Shown piece by piece: positions 1 through 11,494 of a stretch of 64,000 nucleotides of DNA. This DNA is from Candidatus Krumholzibacteriia bacterium (GTDB lineage: Bacteria; Krumholzibacteriota; Krumholzibacteriia; Krumholzibacteriales; Krumholzibacteriaceae): NCBI GenBank assembly GCA_963836185.1, contig CAWIIQ010000001.1, positions 2,112,001 through 2,176,000 of the forward strand. Direction: 5' to 3'. Within the stretch, counting starts at the first letter, position 1, and each line of letters starts with the position of its first letter. Below the pieces are notes generated by a model. That model was given only the letters and a program-made list of their open reading frames with translations, searched no databases and had not been told where the DNA came from. The position numbers and the translations under genes were made by a program.

Positions 1-1493
1 CTGTACCGCTTGAGCATGGCATCTCTGCCGCCCCCCTCGAAGACTTCCTCCCAGGGGAGACTCTCCGCCATGCCTCTCTCGTTGTGGATAAAACCGGGAT
101 CGACCCCCTCGTCCTTCAGCGCCCTCTTCCAGGAGGTCCTTCCCGCGGCGAATCTCACCGCCGCCCTTCCCACCTCTTCGCCTCCCAGAGCGATCCTTGC
201 CTGGTTCATCGAGGACCTCTGCCCCTTGATGGAGATCGCGGTCCCTGCCCTCTCGCAGGCAGCTTTCATTGAACCTGTCGAGAGATCGAGCTCCCGGCGA
301 CCCGGCATCGCCATGAACTGAAGCGGGGTCCGTGGTTTGGGGACAAGGACATTGAGATTGACCGATACACGGGCCCCTTTCGCCGCTTCGCCGAAAGCCG
401 TGAGGAATCCTTCAGTTTCGCTAAAAGTCCTGTTGTCTTCTCCCGGCAGGCCGGCGAGCATGTAGAGGGTAAACCTCGAAACGCCCGAGCGTCTCAGGAG
501 CCTGGCAGCGCCCAGATAGGCCTCGTCGGGAACATTCTTGCCGAGTCTGAGCCGCATCCCCTCGCTCCCCGATTCAGGCGCCAGGCTGACACTCCTGATA
601 CCTGCCCTTCCGATCGCTTCGGCCCTTTCACAATCGATGTCGGCGGCTCTGAGCGAACTGAGCCCGATGCCGCCTCCTCTTCTGCCAGCAGCCTCCATCA
701 TCCCGATGAAATCGGGGTGCGCCGCGGCGGCGGTGCTGATCAGGCCGGTCCTGACCGAAGGGCCGGCAGCCGTATCGAGGATCGATTCGAACCTCTCGAG
801 CGGCATCGTCCTGAAAGGCCTGTAGACCGATGTCGCCATGCAGAATGCGCATGCGCCGGGGCATCCCCTCGAGATCTCGACAAGGAGCATATCGGGAAAG
901 ACCGTATCTGGAGTGAGGATGACGGAATGCTGGAAGAGTTCAGGAGAGACGGGGGCCGCCGGCCTGGTCTTCTCCCTGAAACCGGGCAGGATCACTCCCT
1001 CGACCGCTGATAGCCCCGCAACCAGCGAACTCCTGTCCCTTCCTTCTGCAGCGACCGCTTCGGCGACCAGGGGCAGGACATCCTCTCCTTCTCCGGCGAC
1101 GAGGATGTCTGCCAGCGGGAAGAAGGGGATGGGATTCGAAGAGATGACGGGGCCACCTGCTATCACGAGCGGCCCATCTTTTCTCTTCTCCCGCAGGGGC
1201 TCGATTCCCGATGAGACGAGCATCTTGACGAGATTGAGAAGGTCCTCCTCGTAAGAGACGGTGAAGAATATGGCATCGGGCCTTTTGTTTCCGGGACTCT
1301 CGCCGTAAAAATATCTTTCGACCCTGAACCTGCCGCACGAGGATAGAGATGAATATATGAAGTGGAATCCGAGATTCGACATCCCGGTGCTGTAGTTGTT
1401 CGGATATGCCGCTATCGCCAGAGGCGCGCCTGCCCCGGGCCGCGGATAGTTCTTCAGGGATCTTTCACCGGTCTGTTTCCGGGCAGTGGTCAT
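1..1493 (-). CDS. Radical SAM protein (TIGR03960/COG1032-like), 3' end runs off the window
   Basis: Absent from the ORF track because it has no stop in the window. Manual translation from ATG 1493 (ATGA overlap with the TPR gene) gives AYPNNYSTGMSNLGFH...VIAGGP...EISRGCPGACAFC (CxxxCxxC)...SLAPESGSEGMR...LYMLAGLPGE...VPKPRTPLQ. Confidence 0.85.
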   Translation of the reverse strand, partial: MTTARKQTGERSLKNYPRPGAGAPLAIAAYPNNYSTGMSNLGFHFIYSSLSSCGRFRVERYFYGESPGNKRPDAIFFTVSYEEDLLNLVKMLVSSGIEPLREKRKDGPLVIAGGPVISSNPIPFFPLADILVAGEGEDVLPLVAEAVAAEGRDRSSLVAGLSAVEGVILPGFREKTRPAAPVSPELFQHSVILTPDTVFPDMLLVEISRGCPGACAFCMATSVYRPFRTMPLERFESILDTAAGPSVRTGLISTAAAAHPDFIGMMEAAGRRGGGIGLSSLRAADIDCERAEAIGRAGIRSVSLAPESGSEGMRLRLGKNVPDEAYLGAARLLRRSGVSRFTLYMLAGLPGEDNRTFSETEGFLTAFGEAAKGARVSVNLNVLVPKPRTPLQFMAMPGRRELDLSTGSMKAACERAGTAISIKGQRSSMNQARIALGGEEVGRAAVRFAAGRTSWKRALKDEGVDPGFIHNERGMAESLPWEEVFEGGGRDAMLKRY

Positions 1494-3127
1494 GATTCAA
1501 GGTCCAGCGGACCGCGTCCGACGAGGTTTCTGGCAAGGACGTTCTCAGGTTCGATTTCGAGTATCTTTTCGAGCAGCTTTCCCGCCTCCTCTTCCTGGCC
1601 CTTCTTTCGCAGGGTCATGGCGAGCGAGATCACCGCCTCGCTGTATTCGGAGTTGACCTTAAGGCTCCTGCGGTAGAACTCCTCGGCGTCATCAAGGTCG
1701 CCGCGGAAGTACTTGATATCTCCCATGATCTTGTATATGTCCGCGAAATCCTCGCCGTTCCTGCCCAGCACCTCTTCCGCTCCCCCGTAGTCCTCCCTGC
1801 GCACCAGCAGTACGGCGAGCTGTTCACGGGCCCTCAGAAATGACGGGTTGATCTCCAGCGACCGCCGGAAGAGTTCTTCAGCCTCTTTGAAGCGGCCCAT
1901 CCTCATGTAGACCTCGCCGAGGAAATAAAGGACATCGGCGCTCTCCCCTCCAGCATCGAGGACTTCCTTCAGCACGACCATCGCCTCTTCGAGGTTACCC
2001 TCCTTGAGATGCACGAGCGCGAGGTTGACATTGGCTGCGCCGGGCTTTTCCATCTCGGGGATCCCTCCGGAGAGATATTCTACAGCGTCTTTCTTTTCTC
2101 CGAGCGCGTAGAGCAGGAGACCGTAGTAGTAACGGGCCTTCGGGTATCCGGGAGAAAGTTCGAGGGCCCTGTCGAGGACCTCGCGCGCTTTCTTCAGCTC
2201 ACCGAGATAGAAATACGTGGAGCCGAGATAGCACTGGAGATCGGCATATCCCGGCTTCTCACCGGCGGCCCGCTCGAAGTGGGGCAATGCTTCACTGTAG
2301 AGTTTCTCGTCAAGGTACGAGACTCCCAGGTAGAAGCGGGCCTCCGTATATTTCTCGTTTATCCTCAGCGCCTCGAGGAGCTGCGCTCTTGCCTGTTCGT
2401 GGTCGCCGTGCCTGAGCATCGAGAGACCGAGTTTGAAACGGACATCGGCATATTCCGGATGGAGCCCGGCCGCCTCGTTGAACAGTTCGGAGGACCTGTC
2501 ATAATGGCCGGTGTTGTACGACTCTACTCCCTCCCGCATCAGGGAATCGAAATCAGTATCGGTATACATGATCTCCCTGAGTCTGGCCAGCGGGGGGATC
2601 TCGGTCGCCCTTCCGGCGATATGGTCGCTGAGGAACTTGCTGATCGGGCCGGGATTGTCGGCTCCCAGCTCGAGCGCCCGCTTGAAGACACTGTCGGCGT
2701 CTTCCTTCCTTCCCTTCTCATACAGCACTATCCCGAGAAAACAGACAGCTTCAAAATATGATTCGTTCAGGCCGATCGCCCTGCCGAGCATCTCGAGTGA
2801 CTCGTCAAGCTCTCCACGCTCGTGGTGGATCACGCCCATACGATAATAGAGGTCGGGATAAGTGGGATTCTCTTTGACTGCGATCGAGAAATGCCTGAAG
2901 GCGGCATCGAGATCACCCTCATGGAAGCGCGCCGTTCCGAGGTGTACATGAGACTCGGCGGCATAGAACATCCCGAGGGCATAAGTCGGATCACCGGGTC
3001 CGAGGGCCATGGTAGCCTTCTCGAGCGCCTCGACTGCCTCCTCGTACCTGCCCTCGTTGAAGTGCCTGATGCCGAGCTCATACTCGGGGTTCTTCTCCAC
3101 TCCGAATATTCTTCCCCAGAACGACAA
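1490..3127 (-). CDS. Tetratricopeptide-repeat protein (no signal peptide), directly downstream of ftsZ
   Basis: 545 aa with many TPR units (YPDLYYRMG, YADVRFKLG, YADLQCYLG, ADVLYFLGEVY, FADIYKIMG); AGGAGG RBS. Confidence 0.9.
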   Translation of the reverse strand: MSFWGRIFGVEKNPEYELGIRHFNEGRYEEAVEALEKATMALGPGDPTYALGMFYAAESHVHLGTARFHEGDLDAAFRHFSIAVKENPTYPDLYYRMGVIHHERGELDESLEMLGRAIGLNESYFEAVCFLGIVLYEKGRKEDADSVFKRALELGADNPGPISKFLSDHIAGRATEIPPLARLREIMYTDTDFDSLMREGVESYNTGHYDRSSELFNEAAGLHPEYADVRFKLGLSMLRHGDHEQARAQLLEALRINEKYTEARFYLGVSYLDEKLYSEALPHFERAAGEKPGYADLQCYLGSTYFYLGELKKAREVLDRALELSPGYPKARYYYGLLLYALGEKKDAVEYLSGGIPEMEKPGAANVNLALVHLKEGNLEEAMVVLKEVLDAGGESADVLYFLGEVYMRMGRFKEAEELFRRSLEINPSFLRAREQLAVLLVRREDYGGAEEVLGRNGEDFADIYKIMGDIKYFRGDLDDAEEFYRRSLKVNSEYSEAVISLAMTLRKKGQEEEAGKLLEKILEIEPENVLARNLVGRGPLDLES

Positions 3128-3150
3128 ATCGCCCTCCTGCTTTAAACCTC

Positions 3151-4374
3151 TCAGTCGAGCTGCTTGCGAAGGAACGTCGGGATGTCGAGATTCAGCTCGT
3201 GCGCCACAGTAGTGATACCGGCCGTCACGAAGTCGGCCTCGGTTCTCTCGACGACCTCGGGCACTGTCTCACTGGCCGCGAACATGGCCGGTTCGACCGT
3301 GACCGGTTCCATCACCGGGGCAGCTGTCATCGGCTCAGCCACCGGCTGTGCGACAGGATTCGCCACCGGTTCAGGTTCGCGCCGCCTGACCTCGAAATCA
3401 GGATAGATCTCGCGCTCGGTATGCTGGAATCCGGTCGCGATGACAGTGACGTGCATCGAATCGGTATCCTCGGTACTTACCACTGCTCCGAAGATCACGT
3501 TCGCGTCATCACCGGCCTCTTCGCTGATTATCGCGGTGGCCTGAGAGACCTCGTGGAGCGACATCTTCTCGTCGCCCGTGATATTGACCAACACGCCCTT
3601 GGCCCCGCGTATCGAGATATCGTCGAGAAGAGGACTGCTCAGCGCCATGCGAGCCGCCTCTACCGCCCTGTTCTCGCCCTCGGCAACGCCGGTACCCATG
3701 AGCGCGTCGCCCATCCCGCTCATGATAGAACGGACATCGGCGAAGTCAAGGTTAATGAGCCCGGGGATCATTATCAGGTCTGAGATACCCTTCGTCGCGT
3801 GATGAAGGATCCCGTCGGCCTCCTCGAAAGCCTCGGATAGCGGGGTATCCGCTCCGACGATCGAAAGGAGTCGGTCGTTCTGGATCACGATCAGGGTGTC
3901 TACTTCCCTCTTGAGCTCCTCGAGACCGGCGAGCGCCTGGTTCTCCCTGCGCTTTCCCTCGAATGTGAAGGGCCTAGAGATGATACCCACGGTCAGCGCG
4001 CCGAGCTCGCGGGCCACGCGGGCCACGGTCGGGCTGGCACCCGTACCCGTACCGCCGCCCATGCCGGCAGTAACGAATACCATATCGGAGCCGTCGATCG
4101 TCTCGCGGATCAGATCGATATCCTCTTCGATCGCCTTTCTTCCGACATCCGGATTCCCTCCGGAGCCGAGTCCCTTTGTAAGTCTTCCGCCGATCTGGAT
4201 CTTCTTGTGTGCCTGTGACAGCTCGAGCACCTGTGCGTCGGTGTTCACGGCGATAAACTCAACGCCCTGCAGCCCGGCTGCGATCATACGGTTTACGGCA
4301 TTTCCTCCGGCGCCGCCTACACCGATGACCTTCAGAGCGGCCAGCTCGCCGAAGTCATCGAATTCAAACCTCAT
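3151..4374 (-). CDS. ftsZ: Cell division protein FtsZ
   Basis: [23 protein letters not shown] tubulin motif, INLDFADV, C-terminal DIPTFLRK. Confidence 0.99.
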   Translation of the reverse strand: MRFEFDDFGELAALKVIGVGGAGGNAVNRMIAAGLQGVEFIAVNTDAQVLELSQAHKKIQIGGRLTKGLGSGGNPDVGRKAIEEDIDLIRETIDGSDMVFVTAGMGGGTGTGASPTVARVARELGALTVGIISRPFTFEGKRRENQALAGLEELKREVDTLIVIQNDRLLSIVGADTPLSEAFEEADGILHHATKGISDLIMIPGLINLDFADVRSIMSGMGDALMGTGVAEGENRAVEAARMALSSPLLDDISIRGAKGVLVNITGDEKMSLHEVSQATAIISEEAGDDANVIFGAVVSTEDTDSMHVTVIATGFQHTEREIYPDFEVRRREPEPVANPVAQPVAEPMTAAPVMEPVTVEPAMFAASETVPEVVERTEADFVTAGITTVAHELNLDIPTFLRKQLD

Positions 4375-4393
4375 GTCCTGCCCCCTTTTCAGA

Positions 4394-5617
4394 TTAGAAC
4401 ATACCTGCGAGTCTTTTGAGATTCCCTAACATCTTCCCGAAGCGCCCACGGCCGCGGATAAGCTCTTCCTCACGCTCCAGCCTGTCCTTCTCGAATAGAA
4501 GCAGGCCGACCGCGGCGCTCCAGCTCTCGTTTGACACGATCTCGGAGAGACCGCCCAGCCCGTCGGGACGCCCTGTTCTCACAGGCCGCTCGAAGACCTG
4601 CTCGGCTACTCCCTCGAGACCATCTATCTTCGATCCGCCTCCGGTCAGAACGACCGTGCTGCCGGCCGCCTGGAAATGCGGATCGTTCGAAACCGCCGAT
4701 TTGATCATGCTGAAGATCTCCTCGCATCTCGGCTCCATGATCGCGGCGATTATCTGTCTTCTTATCTCCCCTTCACCCTCTCCCGCTCCCGGCACAGTCA
4801 CGACCTCGTCATCGGAGGCCAGTGATGCCAGTGCTAGTCCCCAGCGAAGCTTTACCTCCTCGGCCGTGCCTTTCGGTATCCTCAACCCGACGGCCAGATC
4901 GTTTGTGACATTTTCTCCTCCTGCTCCGAGCACCCCGCTGCTGCGGATACTTCCATTGCCGTAAAGAGCGAAGGAGCTCACGCAGGCCCCCATATCTATC
5001 AGCAGGCATCCCGCTTCGATCTCATCATCGAGAAGTACGGCATGCGCTCCGGCGACAGGATTGAATATGACGTTTACTACCTCGAATCCGGCCTTCTCTA
5101 TGACCTTCACGGCGTTCTCGACATGCACGGCCTGCACGGAGACGAGATGCACCTCTGTGCCCAGCCTCGATGCCGTCATCCCGACCGGATCGCTGATCCC
5201 CCTGTGCGCGTCCACGACATAGTCCTGCGGAATCGAATGCAGGATCTCCATCTCGGATGGCAGCGTGATATTGCAGGCGATCCTGTTCACATGCTCGACA
5301 TCGGCGGTCGTTATCTCCCTGCGGTCTCTGGGAACGGGGATCAGCCCTCTGCTGTTGAAACTTCTTATATGGGGACCCGTCACGCCGACGCACATGCAGT
5401 CGATCTCTACTCCCGCCATGCGGGCTGCGTGATCGGCCGTTTCCCGCACGCACCCGGCAGCTGCCTCCATATCGACGACGGCGCCTTTCCTGATACCGGC
5501 AGAGGGTCTCGACGACGCGCCGATGATCCTGAAAGTGCCCTCGGGCACAGTCTCACCGACAAGTACGGACGTTCTCTCCGATCCAAGATCGATGCTTACT
5601 ATGAATTCCGGTAACAT
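4394..5617 (-). CDS. ftsA: Cell division protein FtsA
   Basis: [38 protein letters not shown] and a C-terminal amphipathic helix. Start placed at ATG 5617 after a GGGAGG RBS. Confidence 0.97.
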   Translation of the reverse strand: MLPEFIVSIDLGSERTSVLVGETVPEGTFRIIGASSRPSAGIRKGAVVDMEAAAGCVRETADHAARMAGVEIDCMCVGVTGPHIRSFNSRGLIPVPRDRREITTADVEHVNRIACNITLPSEMEILHSIPQDYVVDAHRGISDPVGMTASRLGTEVHLVSVQAVHVENAVKVIEKAGFEVVNVIFNPVAGAHAVLLDDEIEAGCLLIDMGACVSSFALYGNGSIRSSGVLGAGGENVTNDLAVGLRIPKGTAEEVKLRWGLALASLASDDEVVTVPGAGEGEGEIRRQIIAAIMEPRCEEIFSMIKSAVSNDPHFQAAGSTVVLTGGGSKIDGLEGVAEQVFERPVRTGRPDGLGGLSEIVSNESWSAAVGLLLFEKDRLEREEELIRGRGRFGKMLGNLKRLAGMF

Positions 5618-5648
5618 GCCGGACGATTCACCTCCCGCGCGGCGGGGA

Positions 5649-6417
5649 TCACCGCACAATGACCTGTCTGTCAAACCTAAGATCTATCAAGATCAGGCAG
5701 CCCGCCCTGCTCGCGCAGTGACGGAATAGACCGCCCTGAATTTCCTTATTCTCTCCTCGAACCCGTCTCTTCCGACCTTCACCAGCGTCCCTGAGTCCAT
5801 CCATACGAGGACCACATCTTCGCCATCGACATTGATCTCCGAAAGCTGCTCGGCAGGCGAGAATCCGAACTCCTTGAGAAGACCGAGTACCTCGAGCGCC
5901 TTGCCGACCTGCTTCTTTCCCGAATCCTTTTCCATATCATTCGCGGCCAGCCCCGTGATGACGGGAAGGTCGATTTCCATCGACCGGCCGTTCGAGGGGA
6001 TGACGACGCCTTCTGAATCTACCTCGGCGATATCGTCGAGGATGATCAGGGCTACCGGCTCCCTCTCGTGCAGATAGCAATCAAGCCGTGGGGAAGCCGC
6101 CGCCTGAAGGTGACCGAGCCTACCGAACGATCGCTCGTGAGCAACTCCCTTATATCGGACAACGGAACGGTGAAGATGTTCGCGCCTTCCCAGACCGCTG
6201 TCTTTTCTCTCAACGACTCTACAGGCTGGTTCCTGCTGCCGTGGACGCGGATCTCAAGAAGCTCGAAGATTCCCGTCAGAAATACGGCGTATACGAGCGC
6301 GGCGAGAGCAAGGGCCGCTCCTGCCGGCATCAGCCAGACACGGCGGCTTACACGCTTCTTCTCCCTGAAGCGCCGGGCCATCGGCGGCGGGACCCTTCTG
6401 CTATTTCTCGTTTTCAT
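5649..6417 (-). CDS. ftsQ: Cell division protein FtsQ/DivIB (frameshifted in this sequence)
   Basis: TM helix and POTRA domain (RRRLPHGL), then after a shift near 6084 HEREPVAL...DLPVITG, and after shifts near 5690-5720 the canonical IDLRFDRQVIVR-stop at 5649. Position between murC and ftsA. Confidence 0.88.
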
Positions 6418-7806
6418 CGGCCCTTTCTGATCCTTTCGAGCAGTTCGTCGCCAGTCTTCCAGATATCTCCAGCTCCAAGAGTGAGCACGATGTCCCCATC
6501 CTCGACCGTGGACTCAAGAGCGTCTAGCAGATCGGCACGGTCCGATATATAGACCGCCTTCCTTGCCCCTCCCCGAAGAATGGCTCTATAGATCAGATCA
6601 CCTGTGATCCCCGGTATCGGCGTCTCCCCGGCGCTGTAGATATCCGTCATGAAGACGATGTCGGCGTCGAGAAAACACCTGTCGAAACTCTCGTGCAGGT
6701 CTCTCGTCCTGGTAAACCTGTGCGGCTGGAAGACAGCGACGACACGCCGGTCGAAACTCCTGCTCGCAGTCTCTACCGCCGCTTTTATCTCTGTGGGATG
6801 GTGAGCGTATTCGTCGATGACCAGTACTCCGCTTTCTTCACCTCTGCGCTCGAACCTGCGGCCGACGCCCTCGAAGTTCTCGAGGGCCCGCCTGACGGCT
6901 TCGATCTCGATATCGAGCTCGAGAGCGAGCGCACAGACGGCGATGGCGTTCGAGACATTGTGCCGTGCCCGGCAGCGCGAGTCTTATCGTCCCATGATCT
7001 TCGCCGCCCGCGAAAAGTCTGAATACCGACCCGGTGCCATCCTCTTTCTCGATTTCTCCCCTCACATCGGCGCCCGGGTCGAAACCGTATCTGATTATCT
7101 TCCTGTCGATCGAAGGCATGATCGCCCTTACATTCGCGTCATCGACGCAGCAGATCACGACTCCGTGGAAAGGCACTCTTGAGGCGAAAGTCACGAATGC
7201 CTCATGTATCTTCTCGAGCCCCCCGTAAAAATCGAGGTGCTCCGCGTCGATATTCGTTATGATGGCGATCGACGGGGACAGCCTCACGAAGTTGCCGTCA
7301 CTCTCGTCTACCTCAGCGACGAGGTACTGTCCGCGCCCGAGCAGAGCGTTCGCGTCGAGGCTCTTGACCTTCCCTCCGACGACGACCGTCGGATCGAGAC
7401 CCGCTTCCTGAAGGACCACCGCGGCGAGCGAGGTCGTCGTAGTCTTGCCGTGCGCTCCAGCTATCGCTATCCCGGTCCTTATTCTCATCAGCTCGCCGAG
7501 CATGTCGGAGCGAGGTATCAGCGGGATCCCCGCGTCGACTGCCGCCCTGACCTCAGGATTGTCCTTGCCGATCGCCGAAGAGAGCACGACTATATCGGCC
7601 CCGCCGACGTTACCCGCGCTGTGCCCCTCCGATATCACGGCTCCCAGTGACGCGAGGTGATCCGTGATAGCTGACTTTTCCGCGTCGGAACCGCTTACAT
7701 CGAATCCGAGGTTGATCAGCACCTCGGCTATCCCGCTCATGCCGATCCCGCCGATCCCGACGAAATGAACGTGTCTCGCTTTACCAAGCATCTCGCTTCC
7801 TGTCAC
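6414..7806 (-). CDS. murC: UDP-N-acetylmuramate--L-alanine ligase (one frameshift near 6967)
   Basis: HFVGIGGIGMSGIA, GAHGKTTTTS, EVDESD; after the shift PGRHNVSNA...GVGRRFE...DEYAHHPTEI...VFQPHRFTRT...TLGAGDI. Confidence 0.96.
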
Positions 7807-8897
7807 CCTGCCTCACCTCCCGCCAGTCTTTCCATGTCATCAGCTATCACTGCCGCGGCGTGCTTTCCCTGGAACGGCCTGAGCGCGTCGCGCATCCGTC
7901 CGAGCAGGACGGGATCGTCGATTACCGGATCCAGCGCCGCGGACAGCGAATCCGCGTCCAGCGCCGAGTCTTCTATCATCAGGGCCCCTCCGGCGTCTAC
8001 GAGGACCGAGGCATTGTGTGCCTGGTGGTCGTCGGCGCAATGAGGGTACGGCACGAGCACGGACGGAAGCCCGGCCGCCGCCAGTTCGGAAACGCTGAGC
8101 GCCCCGGCCCTGGCCAGAGCGAAATCCGCGGCAGCGTATGCTCTGCCGATATCTTCTATATAGGGAGATACGTGGACCCTTCCCGACTCTCCGGCCAGCA
8201 GGCCCCGTATCTCTTCGTATCCGTTCCCGCCTGTCTGCACTATCGCCTGGATGTCGTCCCTCCTGAGCAGAAATTCAGCGGCCGCCCTGCTCAGAGTCAT
8301 CGCGCCCTGACTCCCCCCGAAGACGAGCAGGACTTTTCCGGCGGCGGACAGTCCGAAATCTTTTCTCGCCTCCGGGTCAGGACCGGTCCCGATCGCGGCC
8401 CGGAGCGGATTACCCGTTATCATCACGGGAGCGCCTTTTCTGAAATAACCCCGGGCCTTCTCGAATCCCAGGTAAAGTCTTTTCGCCATCGGCGCCAGCG
8501 TCCTGTTGGCCAGCCCAGGGATAGAGTTCTGTTCCTGCAGCACAACTGGCTTCCTCATCAGCCACGCCGCCGAAACGGCAGCGACACTCGCATATCCTCC
8601 CGAGCCGAAGACCAGGTCGGGCCTGAATCTCCGGATGATCCCTGTCGACTGCATGATCCCTGCCGTGAGCATAGCAGCGGTGAGGGCCTTGCCGGCGGCG
8701 CCTTTTCCGCGGGCTCCGCGCGAGGATATGAGCTCGATGCCGTACCCCGCTTCGGGAACGACCCTGGATTCGATCCCCCTGCTGGTTCCGACGAACAGCG
8801 CCTCGAACCCTTCACTCCTCGAAGAAAGCTCTTCGGCGACCGCAAGGGCAGGATATAGATGACCTCCTGTGCCTCCTCCGGCGAATACCACCCTCAT
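7803..8897 (-). CDS. murG: Undecaprenyl-PP-MurNAc-pentapeptide GlcNAc transferase
   Basis: GGGTGGHLYPA, GSGGYAS, EQNSIPGLAN, GNPLR, GGSQGA, RAGALSVSEL, DHQAHNA. Confidence 0.98.
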   Translation of the reverse strand: MRVVFAGGGTGGHLYPALAVAEELSSRSEGFEALFVGTSRGIESRVVPEAGYGIELISSRGARGKGAAGKALTAAMLTAGIMQSTGIIRRFRPDLVFGSGGYASVAAVSAAWLMRKPVVLQEQNSIPGLANRTLAPMAKRLYLGFEKARGYFRKGAPVMITGNPLRAAIGTGPDPEARKDFGLSAAGKVLLVFGGSQGAMTLSRAAAEFLLRRDDIQAIVQTGGNGYEEIRGLLAGESGRVHVSPYIEDIGRAYAAADFALARAGALSVSELAAAGLPSVLVPYPHCADDHQAHNASVLVDAGGALMIEDSALDADSLSAALDPVIDDPVLLGRMRDALRPFQGKHAAAVIADDMERLAGGEAG

Positions 8898-10099
8898 CAC
8901 CGTTTCCTTCCGCCGGCGGCGCAACGCGCCGTGGTCCGTCTGGCGTAGTCAGTCTTTCTCATGCTTCTCGTCCTGCCCTTGCCGGCAGGCGGCTCCGGGT
9001 CCCTTCCATATGTCGAGATATTGAGCAGTATCCCTGTCGCGGCCATCGAGGTGACAAGCGATGATCCCCCGTAACTGACGAACGGAAGCGGCAGTCCCGC
9101 TGTAGGCAGAAGCCCCGTCGTCATGGCCATGTTTATCACCGCGGTCGAGAATATCGTGAGCCCGATTCCGATGGCGAGGAACCTGCCGAACTCGTTCGGG
9201 GCTCTCTTCGCTATATGAAGCGCCCTCCTGAATATCAGGGTGAAGAGAAAGAGCACTATGGCCGTTCCCACGATGCCGAACTCCTCGCCGACGATCGAAT
9301 AGATGAAATCTGTATGCGCATCCGGAAGGAACATGTATTTCTGCTGCCCGTTTCCCGGGCCGCAGCCGAAGATAAAGCCCGATCCGAACGCTATAAGCGA
9401 CTGCTTGGTCTGCCAGCCTATACCGCTCACATCTTCGGAACGGTCAAAAAGGACCGTTACCCTCTGTCTGACATGTTCCATCCGGTAAAGGAGCGGTACA
9501 GCAGCGAGAACGATCGTACCCGCGAATGCCGCGAGATGACGTATGCGGACACCTCCGATAAAGAGGAGCGAGATGGTCAGCCCTGTTATCAGGACGGCAT
9601 TGCTTATGTTGGGCTGCAGCCCGACCATCACGGCCATGGCAAGAGCGGCGCCGATGAGCGGCAGGAACCCTTTCTCGAGATCGGAGAGTTTCTTGCGCCC
9701 CTCGGCAAGCCGAGCGGCGAGAAATATCACCAGTGAGAACTTGGCAAGTTCGACCGGCTGTATCGTGAACATGAATATCTTCAGCCACCTCTCGCAGCCC
9801 CGCACCGTCGTTCCCCATACGAACAGAGCCGCCAGGACCAGAAGCGCCCCGACGAGGATCCATACGTTGAACCTCCTGTATATCCCGAACGGGATCTTCA
9901 TGAAGACGTAGAGAAAGAAAAGCCCGAGGCCGACCCTTATCGCATGCCTCTGGAAGAAGAAGAATGGCGAGGAGAACTGCTCACCCGCTATGACCCTGCT
10001 CGCCGAGAAGACCATGACGAGACCCAGGGCGACGAGTGATATCACCGCGCAGAACAGTTTCAGGTCGTATGCCGGTTTTCTCTTCATCCCGATATTCAA
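8897..10099 (-). CDS. ftsW: SEDS peptidoglycan polymerase FtsW
   Basis: LVMVFSAS, QPVELAK, FLPDAHTDFIYSIVGEEFG, GLPLPFVSYGGSS. Confidence 0.97.
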   Translation of the reverse strand: MNIGMKRKPAYDLKLFCAVISLVALGLVMVFSASRVIAGEQFSSPFFFFQRHAIRVGLGLFFLYVFMKIPFGIYRRFNVWILVGALLVLAALFVWGTTVRGCERWLKIFMFTIQPVELAKFSLVIFLAARLAEGRKKLSDLEKGFLPLIGAALAMAVMVGLQPNISNAVLITGLTISLLFIGGVRIRHLAAFAGTIVLAAVPLLYRMEHVRQRVTVLFDRSEDVSGIGWQTKQSLIAFGSGFIFGCGPGNGQQKYMFLPDAHTDFIYSIVGEEFGIVGTAIVLFLFTLIFRRALHIAKRAPNEFGRFLAIGIGLTIFSTAVINMAMTTGLLPTAGLPLPFVSYGGSSLVTSMAATGILLNISTYGRDPEPPAGKGRTRSMRKTDYARRTTARCAAGGRKR

Positions 10100-11452
10100 C
10101 CGTTCTCTTTCACGAGCTTCATGACGCTGTCCCGGAAGACCCTGCCCCTGTGCTCGAAATTATCGTACATGTCGAAGCTCGCGCATGCGGGAGACAGCAC
10201 TACGAGCCATCCTTCCTCCGCGACACCGGACGCCATCTCGACTGCCTCCTCCATCGACGAGGCCCTCGTGCATGTCAGCCGGCCCCCTGCCGCGTCCTCT
10301 ATGAGTCCGGCCGCCTCGCCTATCGTGACTATCGAGCGGACGACGCCTGACAACTCGAAGAGCTTCGAGAAATCCCCGCCCTTGTCGTGTCCGCCCGCTA
10401 TCAGCACGACAGGCGAATCAAGTCCCTTGAGTGATTTGACCGCCGCTTCGACATTGGTCGCTTTCGAATCGTTGTAGAAAGATATGCCGCCTGCCGTGGC
10501 CACGAGCTCCATCCGGTGCGGAAGCCCTGCGAAAGAGGCCAGGGCCCTCCTGCAGGAATAGGCCGTGACTCCGAAAGGAGTGACCGCGGCTATCGCCGCC
10601 AGTGCGTTCTCGACATTGTGGATCCCCACAACCCTGATCTGCCGCGATCACAGATTATCTCTTCTGTCCCATCATGCACTCTCCCTGATGAGAAACTCAC
10701 CGTCGAGATAGACTCCTCCGCGGGACCCTGCCCGAGGAAGAGAAAGGCACCATGACAGCCTCCGTCCTTTTCGCGGCTGCCACGCAGAGCGGATCGTCAG
10801 CGTTGTAGAAGAAGTGATCGTCCGGAGCCAGGTTTTCGAGCAGCTTCTCCTTCGCGCCGAAATAATCCTCGAGCGAACTGTAGCGGTCGAGATGATCGGG
10901 GGTCAGGTTGAGAATCCCGGCACAGACCGGATGGAACCTGTCGATCGTCTCGAGCTGGAACGAACTTACCTCTATGACAAAGAATCCGTTTTCATCCAGA
11001 TCACCGACAACCGAGCTGAACGGCGTGCCGGTGTTGCCCGCAACCACCGCTTCCCTCCCGTCTTCTTTCAGCATCGCTCCTATCATCTCGACAGTCGTCG
11101 ACTTGCCGTTTGTACCGGTAACGGCGATGACCGGGGCACGGGCGAACCTGAATGCGAGTTCGAGCTCCCCGATGACGTTGATCCCGCGCTCCGACGCCGC
11201 GGCGAAGAGAGGATGATCGATCGGGAATCCCGGGACTGACGACGATCTCATCGATATCGTCGATGATCTCCCCGCGGAAATGACCGAGGTGGGTCTCCAG
11301 CGCGGTCAGGTCGGGTGGAATCTCCACGTTCTCATTCTCGTCGGCGCCGCATACCATCGGCGCCGGCTCCCAGAAGCAGGCGGGCAGCGGCAAAACCGCT
11401 CCTGGCCAGTCCGAAAACCAGGATGTGCCTGTCCAGTGTAATCTTCCATCAT
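10096..11452 (-). CDS. murD: UDP-MurNAc-L-Ala--D-glutamate ligase (several frameshifts)
   Basis: Motifs spread over several frames: ILVFGLARSG, VVSPGIP, AVTGTNGKSTT, EVSSFQLE, LNLTPDHLDRY, HNVENALAA, NDSKATN, LSPACASFDMY. Confidence 0.93.
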
Positions 11453-11494
11453 TTTTCCTGGAAGGCCGGAGCCATGCCTTCCGGCCTTTCCTTT

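Noticed and set aside
3230-3380. Pro/Val/Glu quasi-repeats in FtsZ ([13 protein letters not shown])
   Set aside because: Ordinary disordered FtsZ C-terminal linker.
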